From positions 47,244,001 to 47,308,000 of the forward strand of contig CM069141.1 in NCBI GenBank assembly GCA_035221665.1: a DNA stretch of 64,000 nucleotides, in the 5' to 3' direction. Shown here piece by piece: positions 47,693 through 60,370 of this stretch. Every line of letters starts with the position of its first letter. The first letter of the stretch is position 1. Both the position numbers and the translations under genes were made by a program. Below the pieces are notes generated by a model, which saw nothing but the letters and a program-made list of their open reading frames with translations, did no database searches and was not told the origin of the DNA. The stretch comes from Okamejei kenojei (Eukaryota).

Positions 47693-47809
47693 CCATGACA
47701 AGTATTGTTTTTGTCCTCACTTGCCCATAAAACGGATTTGCAACTAAACGGGCGAGTGAGCCTTTGTCTGTTCTTCTAGTCAGATCCCTGAACCTGTTCC
47801 CTTGTATCA
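47284..47809 (+). repeat. 3' LTR of the cargo-carrying element
   Basis: TGTTA...TATCA, with AGCGCT-rich tandem subrepeats and a (GA)n tract as in the 5' copy. Confidence 0.82.
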
Positions 47810-48183
47810 CCGGTTTGCCTCCACGGTGAATGTGATCGTCCTGGATCAAAATAACATCAGGTCGGTAATTGTTTCACCAGGACAGTGTGGGTCAGCAGCA
47901 GTGGAAGGCGTTCCCCAGTCCGCCTGTCAAGGGTACTTGGTCACCAAGATAATGGCAAATGATGGAGACCCTGGTCAGGACGCAAGCTATTTTATCAGAT
48001 AGTGAAATTATACCGATCCCACTTTGTTGAACGTTGGGCAACATTCCGGTGAAATCAGAACAGTGCAGTATTTTCCAGTCCGATTCTACTACGCAAGCGT
48101 TGTTAATCTTCGTTAAAGTTTATGGGCAGCCAAGCCTCCCCAGCACGGCTACAGTACACATTGCAGTTTTGAAGTACATCACA
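47810..48183 (+). pseudogene. Protocadherin pseudogene EC5 end-EC6 (3' piece); TM and tail lost
   Basis: STVNVIVLDQNN...QGYLVTKIMANDGDPGQDA...HIAVLKYIT, then (GA)n and a CR1 tail. Confidence 0.9.
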
Positions 48184-48205
48184 GAGAGACAGAGAGAGAG
48201 AGAGT

Positions 48206-48267
<62 letters not shown>

Positions 48268-50949
48268 GAGAGGTCACTGGTCGGCGCGGACTCGGTGGGT
48301 CGAAGGGCTGGATTCCGCACTGTATCTCAAAATTATACTAGAAGGTGTAACAAAGCAAAGAGTAATTCGGCTACCCGACCATTCTGCTGCATTATATTAA
48401 TTGATGTACTCATTTATTACACATGAAATATCATACCCGGAAATAAGGCAACACGGTGCAGTTTCTTGATGTTCCCTCAGTATCTGTTTCCACCAATCCT
48501 GATGTTCTCTCTGCATCACCGCTTATATAATTTGATGCAACCTATTTAAATTGGCTATACTGTATATGGAAACAGATTTTTTTTAATGCTCTGCACGACC
48601 GAGGTTTAAATGGACTATTTAAAAACAAATGTCTCGACTGTACCAATTTTCGCATGCCATCGGCATATCATTTCGCCTATTTTAGTTTAGTTTAATAAAC
48701 TGCTGCAGTAAATAAACTTTTTTTGTCGCGTGCTATCCGGCAGCGGAAGAACTGTACATTGTTGCATTCAAGCCGCTCACAATGTACAAACACAAGAGAA
48801 AGGGAAGACATTTGTGTGCTCGATAAAGTCCAGACAAGTCCGATTAAAGATAATCCTCTTCAGTGAACACTTTACTGGAGTTCATATTGTATTTGATTTT
48901 TGTAGTTTGCTGTCTTTATATGTGTGACGATATATGGAATTGCTGGTTGTAGCCTTGTGTTCGACATCATCATTGTAACGCTAAAGTGCGGAAAATGAAA
49001 TTTGATGTGAAACGAATTAATTGCAACGTCGGCTATTGCCAAAAATAAATCTAACGCATTGCGTGGACACAGCGTGATCTGCACTAAACAATTACGCAGT
49101 AGGATTATGCACTCCCATTTAGGTTTCATGTCTTGGTTTTTGCTGGAAAGGTGAAATCCATCGATTCCTTCGTCGGGTGAATGCAGTATCAACTATCAAT
49201 ATGACACTCCTTAGGTTTTAGCTAGCATTATGAAGCACCACCTTATCTTCTTTCGCATGATAAATTCGTGCACATTCATTTAATTTATTTATAGGTGTAA
49301 CTGTGTTTGCATTGTACAGCTGTTCTGACAGTTTTGCAGCATTCTGTCATATGTACGCATGTGGTCTACAAGCGGATTTAAATAACTGCATTCCAATTAT
49401 GCAATGAAAATTAATTATTGTGAACTACAGACCCTACTTAATATGTTTCGACAGCAAGGTAATTCGAGGATCCGAATTGCGAACAGAAAACGGTCTTCTC
49501 CGTCGTCATCTTATATTGTATAGTGTTGCACCGTCGCCCGCTTCAGCTTCGTGTCGGCATTACCCTCGTTATTGATTACCGTCGTTATTGATTAGTGCAA
49601 TTCAAAAAAAACATTTGCGAGAAAATAAGATACAATGTTCTAGGCGGACCACGGGAATCCGGCACTGTGCATGTCACACCCATAATGCGAGGCGTGCCAA
49701 ATGAAATAATCATCCAGTAAGATCGATCAGTGGAAGAGACGAAATTGAATCAACCGTCAGAGGACACAACAGTACCTGACTACAAGGCATAGCATAGCAG
49801 GATGTCTGCATTGCTAAGCCGAAAAGGCCGGAATATTCAAGACAGCCTATTATATAACACTTTAAAATCATATTTGATATAAATATTCTTGAATAAATTG
49901 TTTCTATTAGCCTGAAACGTCTGAGTTGCCAATGACATGTATATTTTCAGTTCTTCTGCATGCTACATGCGAAGTACCGCTTTCCACTACATGGCCAGCG
50001 GATTATGTTGTGCTATCGTGCGCCTGATTCTCCTCAATTGATGAAGTGTTTTGGTCCAATTGTACATCATATATATTTGTGGCGAGGTTCCTCATTTTAC
50101 GTAGATGTTGACGCTAAACCGACAACCATGAGTTTCAAAGGCTGATGTTGCGATGAAAATTGAATAGTGTCATGAATATATGTTATAGTTATACACTGTT
50201 AAACATTTGCGAGAACTTTCGAGGCCAGCTGTTGCAAATTAAAATGAATTGTTAATTTAAGAAAGACCAGGTTTTGTATTTGTACCCTATTAAATAATTC
50301 ACGAGGGCACTGTTGCTTTAAGTATTGCCGACGTAGTTGTTGGAAAGACAAGTTACATAGCAAAAAGATCAACATCCAAGGCAACGGCTAATTTTACTCG
50401 TTTCGATGATAGTCATATAAGTCGAACATTCTATAATTATAATGCCGTGAATAGCCTCGTGGGCCTCACGGTAGCATCGCAACACCTTCTTAGATGTAAC
50501 TTTTGATTATCACTTTTAATGTATATTTCTTGCATCCAACGTGAGGATACATAAAATGTTGGGAGTTGTTATATTTATAGGTATCCTCATATCAATTCGG
50601 TTGCTATCAATTGCCTTATATCTATATGTGTTCAAATTCTGAAAACGACCATCTGCAACATGATTTTATTGATTGTGTTTCAGCAGGGGTATAACCTTCA
50701 TTGGAAATTATTAATTAAATCAAAATGATATAGGCCCAAGCCTTTAGTCTGAATGATTGCTTGCAAGTGGTGAAATATATTTAACCCATATTGCGTTGGA
50801 GACTCTTCAAGGCCAACATTTGTGTTATGTCATCCTCTCAAGTTTGTTTCAAAAGGTTAGAACACAAAACTTGGAAAGTAGATTGAATCGCTAATTTGGC
50901 TACGAATAGGAATTTAGGTTCCACACTTTAAATGTTCACGAGAGCAGTC

Positions 50950-51105
50950 CAGCTTTAAGAAATGTACATGCAGTTATTGAAAAGGACTGGCTGTGTCGCT
51001 GTTTACCAATCAGAACGTGAAACGCAGAGATGGATCCATTGACCCTCCCACATCCCACAGAGAAAAACCATAATCGCGGAGAAACGCAAGCAGTACGCGT
51101 TTAGC
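50950..51105 (+). promoter_or_regulatory. Protocadherin promoter with CSE-like motif
   Basis: tgtgtcgctgtttaccaat at 50992-51010. Confidence 0.85.
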
Positions 51106-51250
51106 TTGTGAGTCCATGAAAAGAAAGATAAACGTTGTGCATTTAAGCTTTTAAAAAGTGCATACATTGTTGAATTGTTTACTGGTAAGTCGTACTGAGC
51201 AGTTTATTGAAGCTGATGCACGGGTTTGGGAAAATATTTGAACGCGGAAA

Positions 51251-53644
51251 ATGGCGAATCCGGAATTCGTCAACGCCATTGCGCTCAGTCGGACTGCCTT
51301 CATGATTCTGGGGTATGTAACGGGATTGATTCTTGGGCAGATTCGGTACTCCATTCCAGAGGAAATTAATATAGGGTCGTTTATTGGGAATATCGCCGAA
51401 GATTTGAGACTGAATTTCCCGCAATTGTCGGCTCGTGAATTGCGTCTAACCTCCGATGATGGCGAACAGTATCTGAACGTTAACGTGGAGAATGGGATTT
51501 TGTCTGTTCGTGAAAGAATCGACAGGGAGCATATTTGTGGAGAAGCAACCGTGTGCAATATACCTTTTGAAATCATACTGGAAAACCCTGTGATGGTGTA
51601 TCACGGGGTTGTGGAAATTGTTGACGTGAATGACAATTCCCCCACGTTTCGGGACACCAGCTTTGTCTTACAAATATCGGAGGCGATGACGCCTGGTTTA
51701 CGCTTCCCCCTCGAAAACGCACAGGATCGCGATATTGGTATAAATACCGTGGCTGCTTACACAATCAGTTCCAATGAATACTTTAGCCTAAACGCGCAGA
51801 GAACTGAGTATGGTGTTATAAATGTGGAGCTACAGTTAGATAAACCATTGGACAGAGAGCTGCAGTCAGCCTTTCAGCTTGTTCTCACAGCGAACGACGG
51901 CGGAAACCCTCAGCGATCCGGCACAACTCAAATTCACATCACTGTGGTGGATGTGAACGATAATCCACCTGTATTCTTTCATGAAATTTATAAAGCTAGA
52001 TTGAGAGAAGACGCACCCCAAAGTACCTTGGTGTTGAAAGTCAAAGCAAGTGACTTGGATGAAGGTTTAAATGCTGAGCTAACCTATTCTTTCAGCAGCT
52101 TAGTTCCACCGAGATTTCTCCAATTTTTCAGTTTGAACCCTCATACTGGGGAGATTCGTGTTGAAGGAGAATTAGATTATGAACAAGCAAACAGCTATTC
52201 TCTGAATATTCAAGCTGAGGATCACGGATCACCCGCAGTTATTGGGCACTCCATGGTCTTAATCGAGGTAACTGATGTAAACGACAATGCACCAGAGATA
52301 AAAGTGAAACCATTTAAGAATACAATTCCGGAAAATGTTCCACCGGGAACGATGATAACTTTGATTAATGTCATTGATCGCGACTCTGGTGAAAACGGAC
52401 AGTTTCTATGTGACATTCCGAAAAATACACCTTTCAGTCTTCGAACGTCATCAAAAAATTATTACGAGTTGATTACCAGTGAGCCGCTGGACCGTGAAGC
52501 CGTTGCTGAGTATAATATACAATTTGTAGCTCGGGACTTTGGGTTGCCTTCACTGTCAAGAAATAAAACCATCCAGATTGCAATATCTGATGTAAACGAT
52601 AACGCACCACGGTTTAGTGAATTATCCTACAACGCATATGTTATGGAGAATAACGCTCCGGGTACCTCTACTTTCGCAGTAACTGCAACAGATCCTGATT
52701 TGAAACAGAATTCTTATGTTTCTTACGCCTTTCAGGAGGATCTTATCCAGAACTTTCCAGTGTCCAGTTATCTCAGCATTAACTCAATTAACGGCACAAT
52801 TTACGCGCTGCGTTCCTTTGACTATGAGAAACTCAAGAGCTTCCAGATCCATGTACAAGCCCGTGACGCCGGGGCGCCTCCCCTAAGCAGCAGCGCCACG
52901 GTGAATGTGATCATCTTGGATCAAAATGACAACGCGCCGGTAATTGTTTCACCTTCAGAAAAGAGTGGATCGGAAGCAACGGAGATCGTGCCCCACTCAG
53001 CGGGTGAAGGGTACTTAGTCACCAAGATAATGGCAACTGATGCAGATTCTGGTCAGAACGCACGGCTCTTTTATCAAATAGTGAAATCTACCGATCCCAC
53101 TTTGTTCAAGGTTGGACAAAATTCCGGTGAAATTAGAACAGCGCGCAGTATTTCTCAGTCCGATTCTATTACGCAAACGCTGTTAATCTTGGTTAAAGAT
53201 AATGGGCAGCCAACTCTCTCCAGCACAACAACAATGCATATTACGGTTTTGGAGAACATCACTGAAAACGTTTCTGAAAATGATCAGTTATTGAGAAGCT
53301 CAGTTCATTTCAACGACTTAAATTTTTATTTGATAATCATGTTCGGTTGCACTTCCGCTCTCTTTCTAATGATTATCATTATGCTCATTGGCATTAAATG
53401 CAAGCAGAGCATGAGTGTCTCTCGGGAATATAATTCAAGGCGTTTTTGTTACAATGGCGGGGATTCTCGCGACACCTTTACTCGAAGATCTGGAATGGAA
53501 GAAACGTTACGGTATCCTGGTACGGGCCCGATGGTCCGCGTACCGGAAGCCAACCATTATTCAGTTTGTTTGTCTCCTGAATCAGCGAAGAGCGATTTTC
53601 TCTTTTTGAAGCCATGCAGCGCTCCGATAGCTCAGGCGCATTGA
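51251..53644 (+). CDS. Clustered protocadherin, intact (797 aa)
   Basis: Signal peptide, six EC repeats, TM and SPESAKSDFLFLKPCSAPIAQAH*. Confidence 0.97.
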   Translation: MANPEFVNAIALSRTAFMILGYVTGLILGQIRYSIPEEINIGSFIGNIAEDLRLNFPQLSARELRLTSDDGEQYLNVNVENGILSVRERIDREHICGEATVCNIPFEIILENPVMVYHGVVEIVDVNDNSPTFRDTSFVLQISEAMTPGLRFPLENAQDRDIGINTVAAYTISSNEYFSLNAQRTEYGVINVELQLDKPLDRELQSAFQLVLTANDGGNPQRSGTTQIHITVVDVNDNPPVFFHEIYKARLREDAPQSTLVLKVKASDLDEGLNAELTYSFSSLVPPRFLQFFSLNPHTGEIRVEGELDYEQANSYSLNIQAEDHGSPAVIGHSMVLIEVTDVNDNAPEIKVKPFKNTIPENVPPGTMITLINVIDRDSGENGQFLCDIPKNTPFSLRTSSKNYYELITSEPLDREAVAEYNIQFVARDFGLPSLSRNKTIQIAISDVNDNAPRFSELSYNAYVMENNAPGTSTFAVTATDPDLKQNSYVSYAFQEDLIQNFPVSSYLSINSINGTIYALRSFDYEKLKSFQIHVQARDAGAPPLSSSATVNVIILDQNDNAPVIVSPSEKSGSEATEIVPHSAGEGYLVTKIMATDADSGQNARLFYQIVKSTDPTLFKVGQNSGEIRTARSISQSDSITQTLLILVKDNGQPTLSSTTTMHITVLENITENVSENDQLLRSSVHFNDLNFYLIIMFGCTSALFLMIIIMLIGIKCKQSMSVSREYNSRRFCYNGGDSRDTFTRRSGMEETLRYPGTGPMVRVPEANHYSVCLSPESAKSDFLFLKPCSAPIAQAH

Positions 53645-53734
53645 TAAATTGCAAAGATCCTGTTACATCGCGATTTGATTTTTGGCCAACTCCCTTTGTT
53701 TTCGAAATGCATTAATGTGGATCTCTTCGACCGG

Positions 53735-54870
53735 TGTATCAGAGTCATAGAGCACGGAAGCAAGCTCTTTGGGCAAACTTATCCACGCCAAACAAACAAC
53801 GCATCTGAAATAATTCCATTTGCTCGTGTTTGGATTGTATCGCCCTAAACCTTTCCTATCCATGTACCCATCTAAGCGTGTTTTAAAAGCTGTTTAGATA
53901 TATGCCCCAAATACCACTTCTGGAAGTTCCTTCCATATATCCAACACCCTCTGAATGAAAAAAATACCCCTCAAGTTAAAAACTTTAAAACCTTTCCCCT
54001 CCCATCAAACCGAGGTTTCGGTTTAGCTTTTTCATTGTTGTTATGTGGGTAAAAGACTCTGTGCATTCACGCTATATATCCCCATCATAATTGTATGCAT
54101 CTCTGCGAGATCACCATTTCACCTCCTAACTCCAAGGAATACATTCATAGTTTCCCAAACGTTTCCTTATAACTTAAGCCTTCGCCGCTAGCTGTATCCT
54201 CATTAAAGTTCTTTACACTCTTTCCAGATTATTGACATCCTTCCCATGGCACAGGGACCAAAAACTGAACACAATGCTGCAAAGCTAGCCACATAGACGT
54301 CTTGTACAACTGTATCATAACGTCACAACTAATCTATTCAATACACTGGGTAATGAAGGGCAAGTGACCTAAAACTTTATTTTCATGTACTGGCACTTCA
54401 AAGAACCATATATGTCTATTCCTAGATCCATTAGCTCTACACCAGGACCAGGACCGTATCCGTCACCGTGTAGATCCTGCCATAGTTTGACTTCGTAAAT
54501 GCAAACCGTACACTTCTCTGCATTAAATTGCATTAGCCAATCCTCAGCTCATTTGCCCAGTTCATCAGGATTCTTGTGTGAAATTTGATAAGCATCTTCA
54601 CTGTCTACAGTGCCACACGCTATCTTCATATGTAGTAAATATGCCTTGTGCAATCTCATCCACATCGTCGATATAAATCACAAAACCAATTAGCCCAGCA
54701 CCGATCACTGATGAACACCGATCCCTGTGGCCTCCGGTCTGAGAAACAACATTCCACAATCACCTTCCCCTTCCTTCCATGATATCATTTTTCTCTCGAG
54801 TCAGCTTGCTCTCCTTGGATCCCATGCGATCTAACCTTCCAGAGAGATTTACCATGCGGAACCTTATCAA
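53735..54870 (-). mobile_element. Old degenerate CR1, paralogous to the one after the 32589 gene
   Basis: CR1 3' UTR/ORF2 remnants (ctaaacctttcctatccatgtacc..., aactgaacacaatgctgcaa) at the same offset from the stop codon. Confidence 0.7.
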
Positions 54871-57499
54871 ATTATAACTAGCTAAATATGTTCTTTCTCT
54901 GCGTTTGTTTTTGTTTTATGCGGTAGCTGGTGTAAATTGTTGTGTATCGATAATAAAATCCGCTGTAACTAGAAATCGAACATTTTTTTTGTTTATGTTG
55001 ATGCGATGCTTACAATTAGTTTCTGAACTTCCAACTCAAATCTTGATTTTGCGTCAATTTGCAAATTAATTGTGCATTACTGGCCATATACTTCGATACA
55101 CAATATTTGAATTGGCTCTAGATTAAAGAACATTTTTTTTATGGTGTGCATGAGTGAGGTCCTAGAGTACTCTTTAATGGACTACTTAAAAATCTTGTTG
55201 CACGACACAAAATTGGAAAGGTTGAAGTCTCCGATAACTGCAATTTCCCAGTCACTAGTATAAATAAGCGGTTAGTTTAATTGCACCCAGTTATGGCATG
55301 CGTTCGGCCAACTTTGTGGAGTTATTCAATTTGTTTTTGGTACTTTGCTGCCTTACGTGCGTGGAAGAAGTTTGAAACTGTGGGTTGGAGCCTTGTATTC
55401 GACGTCATTGTTGTAACACTGAAATGCGGAAATTGGAAATTGAAGGGAATTAATTGCTCAGACGGCTAACGCCAGCAATGGAAGTAATGCATTACGGGGA
55501 CGCAGTATGATCTGGCTTAACCAATTACGCAGCAGGATTATACATTCGGATTCAGATTTAATGTCTTGTTTTTTACTGGAAATGTGAAACGCACGGATTC
55601 GTACATCGATTGAATGCAGTCTCAAATATACACATGATACTTAGGTTTTAGCTCGCATTATTGAATCACCATGGTACACACTCCTGAATCTTTTTAAATA
55701 GATCTTCCACTCGGGAGCATATTCGTGCATATAAATTTAACGTCTTAGCTTGTGCCATTGTATTTCCATTGGACTGCTGTTCTCATAGTTTTGCAGCATT
55801 CGGTCATTTTTACGCACGTGGTCCACAAGCGAAATAAACGAACTGAATTCGAATTATTCTATGAAAATGAATGAATGTGAACTACAGCCGCTTTTCAATA
55901 ATTTTTGGTACAAAAACGTTCGCATATTAGAATTACGAAGAGAAAACAGCCTTCTCCTCCATCATCCCATAGTGTTACACGGTGGCCCGCTTCGTTGCTT
56001 GACAGCAATTAATTTTACCGGAGTTATTGATTGCTGCACTTTGAGAAGATATTGTGCAACAAAATAAGTTACATTGCACTGGACTCACAGGCGAATTCGG
56101 CAGTGCACAGTCAACCACATTAATGTGAGGTGTGTCAAAGAAAATGTTAATCCAGGAAGAAATTTTCGAGGATGCGCCCAATCAGTATCAGCCGTCAGAG
56201 TGCACTAAAGTACTTAACTGTAAGGCATAGTACAGATGTATTTCTGCACTGGCAAGCCCGGGAATTTGATGTTCGGCGGTATTATTTTATACTTTTTCGC
56301 GTGATGCTTGATATGAGTGTTCTGGAAGAAATGTGTATCAATGGCCCGAAATATCTGACACGCCAATTGCGTGTATCTTCTTTTGGAAGTTCATTTCTTC
56401 TATCACATATTTTGGAAGGAACGTGAGAAGTACCCCTTTAAGGTTCCACGGTTATGGAATTCTACTGTGGTCCCAAAACGTTCATTTGCCGATTATCTTA
56501 AATTGATTAAATGTTTTGTTCCCCAAGTACATCATAGTTATGTTTGTTTAGAACTGCGTAATTTTAGGTCGGTGTTGATTCTAATCTGATAATCATGAGG
56601 TTTGAAAAATTATGTTGCGCAATAAATTGAATAGTTGAGTCATGACAATGGTTTGTAGTTATAAACTGTTAAACATTTGTTAGAACGGTCTAACTTTCGA
56701 GGGCTGCGTTGCGAAGGAAAATGAATTGTTAACTTAAGAAAGACTAGGTTTTGTATTTGTACACGATTAAATATTTAACAGTCTTGCTTTATCCACAGTC
56801 GAAGTACTTATGGAAAAGAGCAGTTGTGCCACAGTGTACCAATGGGAATATCAAATAGAATGATGCATCCATTGGTCCTGCCACTGCGCATAAAAAAATG
56901 TCAACAGATAACGGAACGCCAAATTTTACGCGTTTAGATGATCGTCAGTGTACAAGTACATACTTAAAACATCCTTGATTACAGTAATTTCAAGAGGTTT
57001 GTAAGGGTCACGATAGTAATACAATTCAGTTCCGTTTTCTAAAAGGAAATTTTTAATAAGCAAGTTTAATTTATATTGATTGCATCCAATGTGAAGATAC
57101 TTAATATATTGAGATATCATACGTTCATTTGGCACATTTCCTAATATCTACTTCGACCTGTTGACAGCTGCTGGAGTTATGAAAGTTGGCATAATTCACT
57201 TGATTTAATTTGGTTGTAAAGCAGCAGTAGTATAGGTTTCATTGGAAATCATTAATAAAAACAAAATGATATATATCCAAACCGTGTGTATGGCAGGTTG
57301 CTTGCATTGGATGAAATATTCGTAATCCCATAGTACGCCGAAGGCGCATCGACACCAAAGGGTATTATTTTAGCTACATTATCCTCTAAAGTTAATATCA
57401 TTAATGTTGAGGGCATAACTTGCAAAATAGATTGAAAAGCGAATTTTTCAGGAACTACAATTTCTGGTTGTACACTCTGAAATCTTCGCGAGCACAGTC

Positions 57500-57655
57500 C
57501 AGCTTTAAGAAATGTAGATGCAGTTATTAAAAGGGACTAGCTGTGTCGCTGTTTACCAATCAGAATCTGAAACGCAGAGATGGATCTATTGACCCTCCCA
57601 CATTCGAGCAAGAAAGAGCAGAATCAACGCGAGAAGTGAGCAGTGCGGGTTCAGC
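57500..57655 (+). promoter_or_regulatory. Protocadherin promoter with CSE-like motif
   Basis: tgtgtcgctgtttaccaat at 57542-57560. Confidence 0.85.
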
Positions 57656-57801
57656 TTGTGGACTCCTGGTGAGCAGGATACTCGTCGCGGTTTTATGCAT
57701 TTAGACAGTATACACACTGTTGAAGTATTCTGGTGGTGAGATCCGTTGTTCAGTTTATTTGAGCAGACGCCCGGGTTTAGAAAATAATTCATCGCGGAAT
57801 A

Positions 57802-60370
57802 ATGGCGAATCTGGCGCTCGGCAGCGCCATTACGTTCAGTAGGTTTGCTTTCTTTATTTTGGGATGTACCACTGGTCTTAATTTCGGACAAATTCGCTAT
57901 TCTATTTCTGAGGAAATGAAGATAGGTGCTTTTGTTGGGAAAATCGCTGAAGATTTGAGCTTGAATGTATTGCAATTGTCGGCTCGTAAATTGCGCCTAA
58001 CCTCCGATGATGGCGGACATTATCTGAAGGTTAATTTGGAGAACGGGATGTTGTCTGTTCGTGAACGAATCGACAGGGAACTTCTTTGTGACCAAAAACC
58101 TTTGTGCACTATACCTTTTCAACTAATATTGGAATCCCCTATGGTGGTGTATCGTGGGGAAGTGGAGATTCTTGATGTAAATGACAATTCTCCCACATTC
58201 CAGGATAGCACCATTGCCTTGCAGATATCCGAAGCGATTTCACCTGGTGCACGCTTTCCCCTTAAGAGCGCTATTGATCCAGATATTGGACTAAATACTG
58301 TCGTTTCTTACACGATCAGTTCCAACGAATACTTTATTCTAAAATCACAGAGAATTGCGCCCGGTGTGGTAAACGCTGAGTTACAGTTAGAGAAACCATT
58401 GGACAGGGAGCTGCAGGCAGACTTACATCTAGTACTGACGGCGATTGATGGCGGGACACCTGAGAGATCTGGCACAACTCAGATTCTCATTACTGTAGGG
58501 GACGTGAACGATAACCCACCAGTATTTCAGCATGAAATTAACAAGGTCACCTTAAGAGAAAACGCGGCCCAAGGTACCGTGGTACTGAAAATCAGAGCAA
58601 TTGATTTGTCGAAGGTTTGAATGCTGAATTAAGATATTCTTTCAGCAACGTTGCTTCAGCAAGAGATCTCAAATCGTTTCGTTTGGATCCTTATACAGGG
58701 GAGATTAGGGTTCAAGGAGGAATAGATTTTGAAGAAACAAACAGTTATTCTCTGAATGTGCAAGCTGTGGACCACGGATCACCTGCAATCAGCGGGCACT
58801 GTCAAGTCTTGATCGAGGTAATTGATGAAAACGACAATGCACCCGAGATAAAACTGACATCGGTTGTGAGCAATGTCCCAGAAAATGCTCCACCGGGAAC
58901 TTTAGTAACTTTGATCAATGTTATTGATCGCGACTCTGGAGAAAACGGCCAGTTTCAATGTAATATCGCGAAAAATACTCCCTTTAGACTTCGAACATCA
59001 TCGAAAAAGCATTATGAGTTGATAACAAGTGAACCGTTGGATCGTGAAGCTGTCGCTGAGTATAAAGTACATTTTATTGCTCAGGATTTTGGGTCGCCTT
59101 CCCTATCAAGAAATAAAACCACCCAGATTGCAATATCTGATGTAAACGATATTAACATTTAAAAGTAAAGTGGATAGGTATATGGACGTGAAGGGAATGG
59201 AGGGGTATGGTCTGAGTGCAGGTAGATGGGACTAGGGGAAAACAAATGGTCGGCACGGACTGGAAGGGCCGAGAGGGCCTGTCTCCGTGCTGTAATTGTT
59301 ATATGGTTATATGGTTATATGATAACGCCCCGCGTTTTGCTGAACTTTCCTACAACTTATACGTAATGGAGAATAACGCTCCGGGTGCTTCTATTTTCGC
59401 AATATCTGCATCGGATCCAGATCTGGACCAGAATTCTTATGTTTCATATTCCTTGCAGGGCGATATTATATTGGAATTGCCTGTGTCCACTTACCTCAGC
59501 ATTAACGCAATTAACGGCACAATTTACGGGCTGCGCTCTTTTGACTACGAAAAACGAAAAAACTTCCAGATCCATGTACAAGCCCGTGACGCCGGGATGC
59601 CTCCATTAAGCAGCAGCGTCACGGTGAATGTGGTCATCCTGGATCAAAATGACAACCCTCCGGTAATTGTTTCACCTTCTGAACAGAGTGGATCAGCAGT
59701 AGCAGAGATCGTGCCCCAGTCAGCTGGCCAAGGGTACTTGGTCACCAAGATAATGGCAACCGATGCAGATTCTGGTCAGAACGCACGGCTCTTTTATCAG
59801 ATAGTGAAATCAACTGCTCCCAATTTGTTCAATGTTGGGCAAAACTCCGGTGAAATCAGAATTGCGCGCAATATTTTGCAGTCCGATACCATTGCTCAAA
59901 CGCTCGTTATCTTGGTTAAAGATAACGGGCAGCCAAGCCTATCAAGCACGGCTACAATTTACATTACAGTTTTGGAGAACATCACTGAAAACGTGTTTGG
60001 AAGTGACAACTTATTAAGAAGATCAGATCAATTCACTGACTTAAATATTTATTTAATAATTATTTTCGGTTGTACTACCGCTCTCTTTCTAGTAATCATC
60101 ATTCTACTCATTGGCATTAAATGTAAAGAGAACATGAGTATCCCCCAACAATATAATTCAAGACGCTTTTGTTACAACCGTGGAGAATCGCACGATACAT
60201 TTCTCAGAGCCCCTGTCATGGATGAAACTTTGCGCTATCCTACGACTGGTCGGGTGGTCCGCGTTTCTGAGGCGAGCCCTTATTCGGTTTGTCTGTCTCC
60301 AGAGTCGGCCAAGAGCGATTTTCTCTTTTTGAAGCCATGCAGCATTCCTCCGTCTCAGGCCCAATGCTAA
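57802..60370 (+). pseudogene. Recently disrupted full-length protocadherin
   Basis: Three consecutive ORF pieces reconstruct a complete protein. There is a -1 frameshift near 58610 (gatttgtcgaa vs paralog gatttggacgaa) and a ~170-bp CR1 tail in the EC4 DVNDN linker. Confidence 0.92.
59152..59320 (+). mobile_element. 5'-truncated CR1 3' tail inserted in coding sequence
   Basis: acatttaaaag...ggataggtatatgga...gggcctgtctccgtgctgta(gttatatg)n, flanked by GATA at 59148-59151 and 59321-59324. Confidence 0.9.

Larger units (their letters stand above)
41196..47809 (+). mobile_element. Non-autonomous LTR retroelement carrying 7SL and SNRNP40 fragments, with nested insertions in its 5' LTR
   Basis: Starts TGTTG, ends TATCA, flanked by ccggg/ccggt. 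5' LTR pieces (41196-~41458, ~43999-44130, ~46096-46450) are colinear with the 3' LTR 47284-47809. A purine-rich ggggtggaa precedes the 3' LTR. TATAAA at 46201 and AATAAA at 46433. Confidence 0.82.
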
